A stretch of DNA of 20,273 bases from a virus, in IMG/VR virus record IMGVR_UViG_3300033074_002003; one strand, given 5' to 3'. The first letter of the stretch is position 1; each line of letters begins with the position of its first letter. The position numbers and the translations under genes are program-made. Below the pieces are notes generated by a model that worked only from the letters and a program-made list of their open reading frames with translations, was not told the origin of the DNA and ran no database searches. Shown in pieces: positions 1 to 6,216 of the stretch.

Positions 1-41
1 TGTCTACTCGCCCAACGCCGGTTCGAATCCGGTCGTCATCG
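1..41 (+). tRNA. 3' portion of a tRNA gene truncated by the window start (T-arm and acceptor 3' strand only)
   Basis: GCCGG-TTCGAAT-CCGGT T-arm at 17-33, then a 7-nt acceptor 3' strand and discriminator. The 5' half lies outside the window. Confidence 0.5.
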
Positions 42-164
42 CAATCGAGCACCGAGAGGTGTGAGATCAGTTCCCCGCAAGGGAAACATTCGGGCCTGGT
101 GTATTGAGCAACACGCGTCCACTTTGGAGGACGAGAGCCACGAGCATAGCGTGGGGCCTGAGCC

Positions 165-236
165 GGGGAGGTAGTGTACGGGCGCACAGCGATCTATTGG
201 TGATCGACTGAGCTGGTTCAATTCCAGCCCTCCCCC
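165..236 (+). tRNA. tRNA-Gln(TTG)-like, 72 nt
   Basis: Acceptor GGGGAGG/CCTCCCC. T-arm GCTGG-TTCAATT-CCAGC. Anticodon stem CGATC/GATCG with loop TATTGGT, giving anticodon TTG. A33 is non-canonical and the D-loop is small. Confidence 0.5.
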
Positions 237-246
237 TGAATTATTT

Positions 247-318
247 GCACTGTTAGTGAAATGGGCATCACGTTTCTCTCTGAAAGAAAAATTGAAGGTT
301 CGAATCCTTCACAGTGTA
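247..318 (+). tRNA. tRNA-Gln(CTG), 72 nt, AT-rich
   Basis: Acceptor GCACTGT/ACAGTGT with one G-U pair. D-stem GTGA/TCAC. Anticodon stem TTTCT/AGAAA with loop CTCTGAA, giving CTG. T-arm GAAGG-TTCGAAT-CCTTC. The N-terminal extension of the track ORF 256..1080 overlaps this tRNA. Confidence 0.65.
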
Positions 319-360
319 CAATGTCTCGTTTCGAACCAATTATTCATCGTGACAACAATT

Positions 361-1080
361 TTGAAATGTGAATTGTGTGACGGTGATCACGAAGGGTTTT
401 ACGGGAGTGGAAGATTTTGCAGCAAAAAGTGTGCAAGGGCATTTTCAACACATAAATCGCGCAATGAAATCAACGAAAAAGTAAGTCAAACCCTTGTAGG
501 TAGAAGTCGTCGACTTCTACGTGCTGATGATAAACGCTTGCTGTTGAAAGTTGTCATTGATGAAAATCAGCTGCGCGAAGAAATCAAATTTGCTGTAAGC
601 TTTCGAAATCTAGCGCTAAGAATGAATTTGTCACTTAATCAAGTTCATAAAGTGAAAAAAACAGTTCAACGCTTGGGGCTTGATTATTCGCATTTTCGTT
701 TGGGACGAGCGCCTGAAAAAGTTCTTTGTCGCAGCAACAAACGAGGTGATTTGCGCGGAGCTCTCCTGAAATCAGAAAGAGAGTACAAGTGTGAAGAATG
801 TGGTCTCACGTCAAAATGGCAAGAAAAGAAGCTCACACTCCATGTCGATCACATTGACGGTGACAACGAGAATCACGAAGCGTCTAACTTAAGATTTCTT
901 TGTCCGAATTGTCATTCACAAACAGATACATTTTCGTGGAAGAACGTGCGACGCAAAAAGCTTCTTAAAAATGCGGGTTCGAGTCCCGCTCTCCCATCTG
1001 CCTGCTCGGCGCAGAGAGCTGTAGACACCTTGACAACAATGTGGTGTGACGTTCGAGAGAGATCGAAGACGGGGCTGTAA
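361..1080 (+). CDS. HNH homing endonuclease, probable TTG start; a paralog of the CDS at 9020..9622
   Basis: HNH motif HVDHIDGDNENHEASNLRFLCPNCH. The N-terminal KCELCDGDHEGFYGSGRFCSKKCARAFS matches MKCERCQVEHSGTYGSGRFCTVKCARSFS of the second copy, so the start is set at TTG 361, in frame with the listed ORF 256..1080. The gene is AT-rich in a GC-rich context. The C-terminal ~40 codons are GC-rich, read through a tRNA 3'-half remnant, and overlap tRNA-Ala, so the true C-terminus is uncertain. Confidence 0.6.
   Translation: MKCELCDGDHEGFYGSGRFCSKKCARAFSTHKSRNEINEKVSQTLVGRSRRLLRADDKRLLLKVVIDENQLREEIKFAVSFRNLALRMNLSLNQVHKVKKTVQRLGLDYSHFRLGRAPEKVLCRSNKRGDLRGALLKSEREYKCEECGLTSKWQEKKLTLHVDHIDGDNENHEASNLRFLCPNCHSQTDTFSWKNVRRKKLLKNAGSSPALPSACSAQRAVDTLTTMWCDVRERSKTGL
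937..997 (+). pseudogene. tRNA 3'-half remnant embedded in the 3' end of the HNH ORF (T-arm GCGGG-TTCGAGT-CCCGC plus acceptor strand)
   Basis: Perfect T-arm at 973-989 followed by TCTCCCA. The only upstream acceptor partner, TGGAAGA, is about 60 nt away, which is too short for a full tRNA, and no D or anticodon arm can be formed. Confidence 0.4.
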
Positions 1081-1143
1081 CTCAATTGGGAGAGTGCTAG
1101 CTTTGCAAGCTAGAAGTTGCCGGATCATCCCCGGTCAGCTCCA
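1071..1143 (+). tRNA. tRNA-Ala(TGC), 73 nt
   Basis: Acceptor GGGGCTG/CAGCTCC with the G3:U70 Ala identity pair. D-stem ACTC/GAGT. Anticodon stem CTAGC/GCTAG with loop TTTGCAA. T-stem GCCGG/CCGGT, but the T-loop ATCATCC is non-canonical. Confidence 0.55.
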
Positions 1144-1162
1144 CAAGGTCGTGATCGAGTTT

Positions 1163-1235
1163 CGGGATATAGTGCAACCTGGTAGCACACGAGTTTTGGG
1201 TACTTGAAATTTCGGTTCAAATCCGAATATCCCGA
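1163..1235 (+). tRNA. tRNA-Pro(TGG), 73 nt
   Basis: Acceptor CGGGATA/TATCCCG. D-stem GTGC/GCAC. Anticodon stem CGAGT/ACTTG with loop TTTGGGT. T-arm TTCGG-TTCAAAT-CCGAA. Confidence 0.7.
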
Positions 1236-1408
1236 CTAGTGAGAGAGAAGTGGCTGTCGATAAGCTTGGGCAGCACGGGACGAGCGACCGAGCCCTGATC
1301 AAGGCAGTGGGACTACTCTTCGCCGACGGGCGGGTCTAAGCCACCGAGCGCGGATCTATCGCGGTGTGCACTTGCGCACGCTCTCTCCAGTTTTAAGGAA
1401 ATGGGAAG

Positions 1409-1615
1409 ATGCCGACAAGTCCTGAAGACATTGGCGGGTTCGGTGGAGCGAAGGAGTCAAGGAAGAGGGTCGCAGACATCGACTTCATACAGAGGTGTCG
1501 AAGCTCCTCAGAAGAGGAACTTCTGAAGATGTTCTTCGCTCACTGTCGCAAGGGAGCTCCAGAGTGGAAAAGGGTCGCGATCAAGCGGGCGCTGGCCCGG
1601 ATCGCGAGGGAATAA
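1409..1615 (+). CDS. hypothetical protein (68 aa)
   Basis: ATG preceded by AAGGAAATGGGAAG. GC-rich codon third positions. No recognisable motif. Confidence 0.4.
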   Translation: MPTSPEDIGGFGGAKESRKRVADIDFIQRCRSSSEEELLKMFFAHCRKGAPEWKRVAIKRALARIARE

Positions 1616-1616
1616 T

Positions 1617-1689
1617 CAGCGTGTAAGTCAGAAGCTAGACAGCATCCCTCGGAAGGATGAAGACGGGGGTGCAAGTCCCTCCACGCTGA
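1617..1689 (+). tRNA. tRNA-Pro(CGG)-like, 73 nt
   Basis: Acceptor CAGCGTG/CACGCTG is perfect. Anticodon stem CATCC/GGATG with loop CTCGGAA, giving CGG. T-stem GGGGG/CCCTC with an unusual T-loop TGCAAGT. The D-stem is only 3 bp. Confidence 0.5.
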
Positions 1690-1753
1690 CTGAGAGTGGA
1701 TGTGTGAACATCCCGAGTGCTGTGCCGTACAATCACTCATAAGGAGAAATGTG

Positions 1754-2353
1754 ATGCAACTGAAGAGCTATTTCAGCCGTGTTCGTAGGCGCAGCGGTTG
1801 GCCCGATGGGTGTTCTTATCCCACAGCGAGGGCTGTTGTTGTCGCGAAGGACGTTCTCGCTGCGATCTCTGCCGGGAGGTTCAGGGTCGAGCAGGGTGCT
1901 TACGTAGACACAGACGTACCGGGTACTTCGGGTGACGGTGAGCCCCTGCGAGAGAACCTACGCCGCGCGGCTCTTCGCGCCCAGGACTACAGTCCGAAGG
2001 ATGAGTGCCGTGTCTGTGCGCTCGGCGCCTGCTTCATCGCAATGATCGATCGCGGCACGATTGTCAGAGACGATACGTGGTTCGACAATCGCTATGATCT
2101 CTACGAAGAGCTTCAGGACATCTTCACTCCAGAGGAGTTTGACCTCATCGAGGAGGCATTTGAGCTCGGCGGCGTGCACACCGACATCCACGACACGCTT
2201 CCCGCCCACCGCGCGAGGAACTTCGGTCGCCGTCGCAAGGACCCGGTGCAGAGGCTTGAGGCGATCATGCAGAACATCGTCGACAATCGCGGGGAGTTCA
2301 TTCCACCGACGAAGTACACGGACCCGCTCTCGAAGAGCTACCGTGGCGAATAG
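1754..2353 (+). CDS. hypothetical protein (200 aa)
   Basis: AAGGAG sits 7 nt upstream of ATG 1754. The listed ORF 1700..2353 would start inside tRNA-Pro, so the internal ATG is preferred. Followed by a strong hairpin terminator. Confidence 0.55.
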   Translation: MQLKSYFSRVRRRSGWPDGCSYPTARAVVVAKDVLAAISAGRFRVEQGAYVDTDVPGTSGDGEPLRENLRRAALRAQDYSPKDECRVCALGACFIAMIDRGTIVRDDTWFDNRYDLYEELQDIFTPEEFDLIEEAFELGGVHTDIHDTLPAHRARNFGRRRKDPVQRLEAIMQNIVDNRGEFIPPTKYTDPLSKSYRGE

Positions 2354-2361
2354 GTAAGATG

Positions 2362-2389
2362 TGTCGCGCTCTAGCGAGCGCGACAGTTT
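2362..2389 (+). terminator. rho-independent terminator-like hairpin (10-bp perfect GC-rich stem TGTCGCGCTC/GAGCGCGACA, loop TAGC, then GTTT)
   Basis: Seen directly in the sequence, 9 nt after the TAG stop of the 1754..2353 CDS. The T-tract is short, at 3 T. Confidence 0.45.
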
Positions 2390-2464
2390 GGGGATGTGGT
2401 CAAACGGCGAAGGCGTCTCCCTCAGAAGGAGAAGATTTTGTGGGTTCGAATCCCACCTTCCCCA
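2390..2464 (+). tRNA. atypical tRNA-like gene, anticodon CAG (Leu-type anticodon but short variable region), 75 nt
   Basis: T-arm GTGGG-TTCGAAT-CCCAC is perfect. Acceptor GGGGATG/CTTCCCC has one T:T mismatch. Discriminator A. Anticodon stem TCTCC/GGAGA with loop CTCAGAA. 3-bp D-stem with a 10-nt loop. The variable region is 7 nt. Confidence 0.4.
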
Positions 2465-2527
2465 CAGCGCACTGGGACCCGTAAAAAGCGAAAACAAGCG
2501 CAAAGAACGGGTTCCGGTGTGTCACAT

Positions 2528-2605
2528 GCGTCGGTGGACAAATTTCGGTAAAGTCGCTGCGTCGAGATCGCAGAGATTGTGTGGGTTCGAATCCCACCCG
2601 ACGCA
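2528..2605 (+). tRNA. atypical tRNA-like gene, anticodon GAG (Leu-type), 78 nt; a paralog of 2390..2464
   Basis: Same T-arm GTGGG-TTCGAAT-CCCAC and the same 7-nt variable AGATTGT. Acceptor GCGTCGG/CCGACGC is perfect. Discriminator A. Anticodon stem CTGCG/CGCAG with loop TCGAGAT, where C33 is non-canonical. 3-bp D-stem with a 13-nt loop. Confidence 0.4.
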
Positions 2606-2628
2606 CTAGTTACGAATGAGAGGGAACG

Positions 2629-2910
2629 ATGGCACCACAGGTACCCAACAAACAGGACGGAGAGGTCATCGCGTTCCTAGACGCCGCCCGGGCGAAGAAA
2701 GCCGCCCGCAAGTTCGAGGCGCTCGTGATGCCTTTTGTGAGGGGGTGGGACGAGCACTCTGAGCACCTCGAGCCCGGGTACCTCGCGGAGTTCATGAAGC
2801 CGGAGGACATGAGGGTGTTCGTACTTCTTCTCCGCGAATACAAGAGTGCCGCACAGCGACTCAGTGGGTTCCTCAAGGCACAGCGAACAAAGATTTCTGG
2901 GGGTCACTGA
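2629..2910 (+). CDS. hypothetical protein (93 aa)
   Basis: GAGAGGGAACG precedes the ATG. High GC3. Confidence 0.45.
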   Translation: MAPQVPNKQDGEVIAFLDAARAKKAARKFEALVMPFVRGWDEHSEHLEPGYLAEFMKPEDMRVFVLLLREYKSAAQRLSGFLKAQRTKISGGH

Positions 2911-2952
2911 GGGCACCCGGGATACAGACGCGGAGCGACTGAGTTCCGGGTC

Positions 2953-3141
2953 TTGACACACACACACGAGGTTACAATGGCTGAAAGTGGATACGAGCTG
3001 CGAGCGCGCATGCTCCAACTCTCTAAGGATATGCACTCGGAGCGCATGCACGCGCAAAATCCGAAAGTTCCGTACACGCTTGATGAAGTGCTGAAGGAAG
3101 CAGAGAGGCTCTACGCCTTTGTGCAGACAAAGACTCGGTGA
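2953..3141 (+). CDS. hypothetical protein (62 aa)
   Basis: GAGG 6 nt upstream of the ATG. Small basic protein. Confidence 0.4.
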   Translation: MTHTHEVTMAESGYELRARMLQLSKDMHSERMHAQNPKVPYTLDEVLKEAERLYAFVQTKTR

Positions 3142-3224
3142 CGAGATGACGTGAGCGTGAGTAGCTCGTTGCAGTTGACGGGCTAGCTCACGTCCGTATG
3201 AAGCAGGATAGAGAGGGTCGAGAC

Positions 3225-3536
3225 ATGGCACAGGTTCTTCACGTCACTGACGATGACATCGCGGACATTCGCCGGACGAGCAGGTCGCTGATCAAGTTCG
3301 GCGCGACGTGGTGCGGGCCCTGCAAGCTGATGGATCCGAAGTTCGAGGAGGTCGCGCTCGAGTGCACCTCACCCGCGAAGTTCTTCTCTGTCGACGTGGA
3401 CGAGTGCCCACAGCTCTCGAAGGTTTTCGGTATCAGGGGCGTCCCGACGATTGTGGTCGTCGAGGGAAATGACGAGGTCGCCCGCCTCGTGGGAAATGTC
3501 TCGAAGGAGAAGATCGTGGCGCTGTGCCGCGAGTGA
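3225..3536 (+). CDS. trx: thioredoxin
   Basis: Canonical WCGPC active site (FGATWCGPCKLMDP) and a thioredoxin-like length. Start set at the second ATG, 3225, after GAGAGGGTCGAGAC. The listed ORF starts at 3198. Confidence 0.7.
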   Translation: MAQVLHVTDDDIADIRRTSRSLIKFGATWCGPCKLMDPKFEEVALECTSPAKFFSVDVDECPQLSKVFGIRGVPTIVVVEGNDEVARLVGNVSKEKIVALCRE

Positions 3537-3538
3537 TT

Positions 3539-3610
3539 GCTGCGATGGTGTAGCTGGAAACACAGGGCTCTCGTAATGCCCAATCCCCGTTTCGAATACG
3601 GGTCGCAGCT
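3539..3610 (+). tRNA. tRNA-Thr(CGT), 72 nt
   Basis: Acceptor GCTGCGA/TCGCAGC. D-stem GTGT/ACAC with loop AGCTGGAA. Anticodon loop CTCGTAA. T-arm CCCGT-TTCGAAT-ACGGG. Confidence 0.65.
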
Positions 3611-3615
3611 CGAAT

Positions 3616-3688
3616 GCTATGTTAGCTCAGCTGGTAGAGCAGCTGTTTTGTAAACAGCAGGTCACCCGTTCGATCCGGGTACATAGCT
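3616..3688 (+). tRNA. tRNA-Thr(TGT), 73 nt
   Basis: Acceptor GCTATGT/ACATAGC. D-arm TAGCTCAGCTGGTAGAGC. Anticodon stem GCTGT/ACAGC with loop TTTGTAA. T-arm ACCCG-TTCGATC-CGGGT. Confidence 0.75.
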
Positions 3689-3689
3689 C

Positions 3690-3759
3690 CGGTGCGTGGT
3701 TTGGTCGACCTAGGTGGCCTTATGAGCACTGAAGGCAGGTTCGATTCCTGCCGTACCGA
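3690..3759 (+). tRNA. degenerate tRNA-like element (good acceptor and T-arm, no canonical D or anticodon arms), 70 nt
   Basis: Acceptor CGGTGCG/CGTACCG and T-arm GCAGG-TTCGATT-CCTGC are good. The central 38 nt (TGGTTTGGTCGACCTAGGTGGCCTTATGAGCACTGAAG) holds two nested palindromes, GGTCGACC and CCTAGG, but no 5-bp stem with a 7-nt loop. Confidence 0.3.
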
Positions 3760-3823
3760 CTGACACGACTTTCTTAACAGAGCTTGTTGACAGACGAATG
3801 CAAAATCTGTCAGTGGGGATAAA

Positions 3824-3894
3824 GCGCGCGTGGTGTAATGGTAGCACTTAAGAACGCCATTCTTAGGGTGAGGGTTCGAATCCCTCCGCGCGCT
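3824..3894 (+). tRNA. tRNA-Gly(GCC)-like, 71 nt
   Basis: Acceptor GCGCGCG/CGCGCGC. D-arm GTGTAATGGTAGCAC. Anticodon stem TAAGA/TCTTA with loop ACGCCAT, which has a non-canonical A32 and C33. T-arm GAGGG-TTCGAAT-CCCTC. Confidence 0.55.
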
Positions 3895-4009
3895 CAGGGG
3901 GCAAGTGTGAGAGCCCCTGCGAGCGATTAGATGCCGAAGCGATGTACTGGAAACGAGCGGGAGCGTCGTGACGGCGTAACCCCTCGCTGGTCGTCGCAAT
4001 CTCACAGAC

Positions 4010-4082
4010 GCGCGAGTAGCTCAACTGGTAGAGCGTCGGTTTTCCAAACCGAATGTTGCCCGTTCAAACCGGGTCTCGCGCA
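4010..4082 (+). tRNA. tRNA-Gly(TCC), 73 nt
   Basis: Acceptor GCGCGAG/CTCGCGC. D-arm TAGCTCAACTGGTAGAGC. Anticodon stem TCGGT/ACCGA with loop TTTCCAA. T-arm GCCCG-TTCAAAC-CGGGT. Confidence 0.75.
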
Positions 4083-4083
4083 C

Positions 4084-4165
4084 GCAAGTGTGGTGGAATG
4101 GCAGACACTGCGATCTCAAACATCGCTGTCCAGAGGACGTGAGGGTTCGAATCCCTCCTCTTGCA
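4084..4165 (+). tRNA. tRNA-Leu(CAA), type II, 82 nt
   Basis: Acceptor GCAAGTG/CTCTTGC has one mismatch. 3-bp D-stem. Anticodon stem GCGAT/ATCGC with loop CTCAAAC. Variable arm GTCC-AGA-GGAC. T-arm GAGGG-TTCGAAT-CCCTC. Discriminator A. Confidence 0.7.
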
Positions 4166-4169
4166 CTCT

Positions 4170-4219
4170 TGGGCGCCCAGGTGGGAACCACCACGGTCAC
4201 GAATTCGGGCGCCCGATTT
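4170..4219 (+). terminator. spacer hairpin: two copies of the palindromic octamer GGGCGCCC (4170-4177 and 4207-4214) can pair across a 29-nt loop, followed by GATTTT
   Basis: Seen directly. Sits between tRNA-Leu and tRNA-Asn. Could be a terminator or an RNA processing structure. Confidence 0.3.
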
Positions 4220-4292
4220 TGGGAGGTATCATAACTGGCAATGATGCGAACTGTTAATTCGTAGTATGCAGGTTCGAATCCTGCCCTCCCAG
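4220..4292 (+). tRNA. tRNA-Asn(GTT), 73 nt
   Basis: Acceptor TGGGAGG/CCTCCCA. D-stem TCAT/ATGA with loop AACTGGCA. Anticodon stem GCGAA/TTCGT with loop CTGTTAA. T-arm GCAGG-TTCGAAT-CCTGC. Confidence 0.75.
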
Positions 4293-4394
4293 CCCACTGT
4301 CCCGTGAAACGGACACCATCTTGCTCGTAGTTCGGTCAAACGGAAAGGGTTCACGTCTTGTTACGTAATGTTTCGTGTTGTGTAATATGTCTAC

Positions 4395-5048
4395 ATGGAC
4401 AACACGAAACGCTACATCTACTTCATTGTCAATCGCATAAACTCTAAACGATACGTTGGACAAACACGTGATTATGTAAAAAGATCTAAGCAACATTTTT
4501 CTGAGGGCAAGAAGGGTAGAAAACGACATCCACTCTACGATTCCATGTTTTCACACGGGATCGAAAATTTCGAATTTGTTGTGATACAAGAGTGTTGCGA
4601 AAATGACGTTGATGAGTGTGAGATAGCGTGGATTAAAGCATTGTGCACTCGTGATAGAAGATTTGGATACAATCTTACGCCGGGTGGTAGTGCAATGTCG
4701 AGTTGTGTCTATGAGAAAATTTCAAAATCAATGTCTGGTAGACATTTCACACCCGAACACAAGGCAAAAATAGCTCAAGCGTTGAGAGGACAAAAGAGAC
4801 CTCCTTTGAAAGTTGAGCACGTTGAAAAGATAAGAAAATTCAACTTAGAGTCGCCGCCCTTTGCGGGTAAAACTCATACTGTTGAAACGCGTGAGAAAAT
4901 ACGTTGCGCAAATTCCAAATTGACGCGTGAAATCGTGAAAGTGATTCGCGAAGAATTCAATAATGGAACATCTCGTAAAGAGCTTGCACAAAAATATCAG
5001 GTTTCGTATAGTGCAATCAAGAATATCGTTGCAGGTAGACGCTGGTGA
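4395..5048 (+). CDS. GIY-YIG homing endonuclease (I-TevI-like, with NUMOD-type repeats)
   Basis: N-terminal RYIYFIVNRINSKRYVGQT with the GIY-YIG signature, Arg (CTRDRRFGYN) and Glu. C-terminal repeated SGRHFTPEHKAKIAQA and GKTHTVETREKIR NUMOD3-like motifs and an HTH-like tail. AT-rich island directly after the tRNA array. Confidence 0.75.
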   Translation: MDNTKRYIYFIVNRINSKRYVGQTRDYVKRSKQHFSEGKKGRKRHPLYDSMFSHGIENFEFVVIQECCENDVDECEIAWIKALCTRDRRFGYNLTPGGSAMSSCVYEKISKSMSGRHFTPEHKAKIAQALRGQKRPPLKVEHVEKIRKFNLESPPFAGKTHTVETREKIRCANSKLTREIVKVIREEFNNGTSRKELAQKYQVSYSAIKNIVAGRRW

Positions 5049-5085
5049 ACAAGCGTCACCTCCGATGTAGCTATTCTAGGGTGCC

Positions 5086-5421
5086 ATGAGTTACTATTCG
5101 ACCGTCGAGCTCATTCGCATAATCGGAAGTGATCCGTTTGTGGCATGGGCGCGCAAGTGCGAAGAGTGTGGGGGTCGCCTCGTGCTGCGCAGGGACGTCG
5201 AGGTTCGCTACATGGAGCGCACGAAAGACTGCAAGGGCAAGTGGGTCTGGATCTCACACAGGGGCAACAAGCGCGGGAGGAAGCGAGTCCTCGAGAAGTG
5301 CTACCTGAAGCAGTGCGCGGCCTGCGGCGAGAGGACAGAGGACGCCTGGTGTATGATCAGGAACGCAGAAGCGAGCGATCACTACCGCACAGAACGGGAG
5401 GGTGCCGGCTATGAGTTTTAG
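5086..5421 (+). CDS. small zinc-ribbon protein, paralog 1 of 4 (two CxxC pairs)
   Basis: KCEECGGRLVLRR plus CAACGERTEDAWC. The ATGAGTT start is shared with the three downstream paralogs. GC-rich. Confidence 0.5.
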   Translation: MSYYSTVELIRIIGSDPFVAWARKCEECGGRLVLRRDVEVRYMERTKDCKGKWVWISHRGNKRGRKRVLEKCYLKQCAACGERTEDAWCMIRNAEASDHYRTEREGAGYEF

Positions 5422-5638
5422 CGCAGCAGTCGCCGCGATGCGCGCTCGCGGGACACGCGTATTCTCGAGGAGGAAGTGCCCGAACTGTGGCTACACACTC
5501 AGGCTGCACCGCGAGTCTTTTTACGACGAAGACATTGGCTACTACGAGCGCAAGTGGAGCAAGCTCTGTGGCTGGTGCGCCAGTATGTACTGCGATGCGT
5601 CAACTGACGTCAGAAATTCATATGAGAAGAGAGTATGA
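5411..5638 (+). CDS. small zinc-ribbon protein, paralog 2 of 4
   Basis: MSFSAAVAAMRARGTRVFSRRKCPNCGYTLRL plus CGWCASMYC. Start set at the second ATG, 5411, after the strong SD GGGAGGGTG. The track ORF starts at 5402. Overlaps the paralog 1 stop. Confidence 0.5.
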   Translation: MSFSAAVAAMRARGTRVFSRRKCPNCGYTLRLHRESFYDEDIGYYERKWSKLCGWCASMYCDASTDVRNSYEKRV

Positions 5639-5898
5639 GTTTCAGGCGTATTGTTCAGATTTTGAGGGACTGGAAGACAACAATATACTCTCGACGTCGC
5701 TGTACTTGTGGCGGTCTGCTTATCTTGCGTCGCAACATCAGAGCGTTCAGAAATCGTAGCAAGGGTGTGAAACAAATCGACCGCACTTTTTACAAGCGGT
5801 GTACCCGATGCAAGCAGGCGTTCGCAGATCCACAAACAGTCGTCATGAACGCCGAAGACACCAGACGTCGTTACAAGACGGGTGAGAAAGTAGGATGA
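5635..5898 (+). CDS. small zinc-ribbon protein, paralog 3 of 4
   Basis: MSFRRIVQIL..SRRRCTCGGLLILRR plus CTRCKQ. ATGA overlap with the upstream stop. Lower GC than paralogs 1 and 2. Confidence 0.5.
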   Translation: MSFRRIVQILRDWKTTIYSRRRCTCGGLLILRRNIRAFRNRSKGVKQIDRTFYKRCTRCKQAFADPQTVVMNAEDTRRRYKTGEKVG

Positions 5899-6137
5899 GT
5901 TTCCAGAGTGTCGTGAAGCTAATGAAAACGTACGGCGAACGCACTTTCTCGAGGAGGAAGTGTCAAGACTGCGGCCACCGCCTCGTCCTCCGAAAGGGCA
6001 GAGCGGTGATAAGAGTACGGCACTCAAACGGCACGTGTCGCGTGAACCGCAGCTTCTACATCAAAATTTGCGAGGGGTGTAAGATCGATGAAACTGACAT
6101 TCAGGTTCGCCTATTGAACAACCCAAATCAGAAATAA
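5895..6137 (+). CDS. small zinc-ribbon protein, paralog 4 of 4
   Basis: MSFQSVVKLMKTYGERTFSRRKCQDCGHRLVLRKGR plus CEGCK. ATGA overlap with the upstream stop. Confidence 0.5.
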   Translation: MSFQSVVKLMKTYGERTFSRRKCQDCGHRLVLRKGRAVIRVRHSNGTCRVNRSFYIKICEGCKIDETDIQVRLLNNPNQK

Positions 6138-6138
6138 C

Positions 6139-6211
6139 GCTGTCATAGCTCAGCTAGAAGAGCGCCACTTTGGTACAGTGGAGGCCGCCGGTGCGATTCC
6201 GGCTGACAGCT
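6139..6211 (+). tRNA. tRNA-Thr(GGT), 73 nt
   Basis: Acceptor GCTGTCA/TGACAGC. D-arm TAGCTCAGCTAGAAGAGC. Anticodon stem CCACT/AGTGG with loop TTGGTAC. T-stem GCCGG/CCGGC with loop TGCGATT. Confidence 0.65.
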
Positions 6212-6216
6212 CCAAT

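Noticed and set aside
256-360. N-terminal extension of the HNH ORF back to ATG 256 (MKWASRFSLKEKL...)
   Set aside because: It overlaps a well-formed tRNA-Gln(CTG) gene. The paralog at 9020 begins at the MKCERC motif, which aligns to TTG 361 here, so the extension is most likely read-through of the tRNA.
2400-2609. ORFs 2361..2609 (plus) and 2400..2606 (minus) across the two Leu-like tRNA paralogs
   Set aside because: Both are driven by the duplicated tRNA-like sequence (hence the repeated CGFESH / VGFEPT peptides). They are not credible coding sequence.
2953-2985. TTGACA ... TACAAT arrangement upstream of and overlapping ATG 2978 as a sigma-70 promoter
   Set aside because: The spacer is only 14 nt and the -10-like hexamer overlaps the start codon, so it is not a plausible promoter for this gene. 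The (CA)5 microsatellite probably produces the apparent match.
3622-4257. ORFs 3622..4005 (minus) and 3931..4257 (plus) in the tRNA cluster
   Set aside because: They are composed almost entirely of tRNA gene sequence (Thr, Gly, Gly, Leu, Asn) and spacer hairpins. They have no RBS, and their translations are tRNA-shaped (e.g. GFEPTQ-type repeats).
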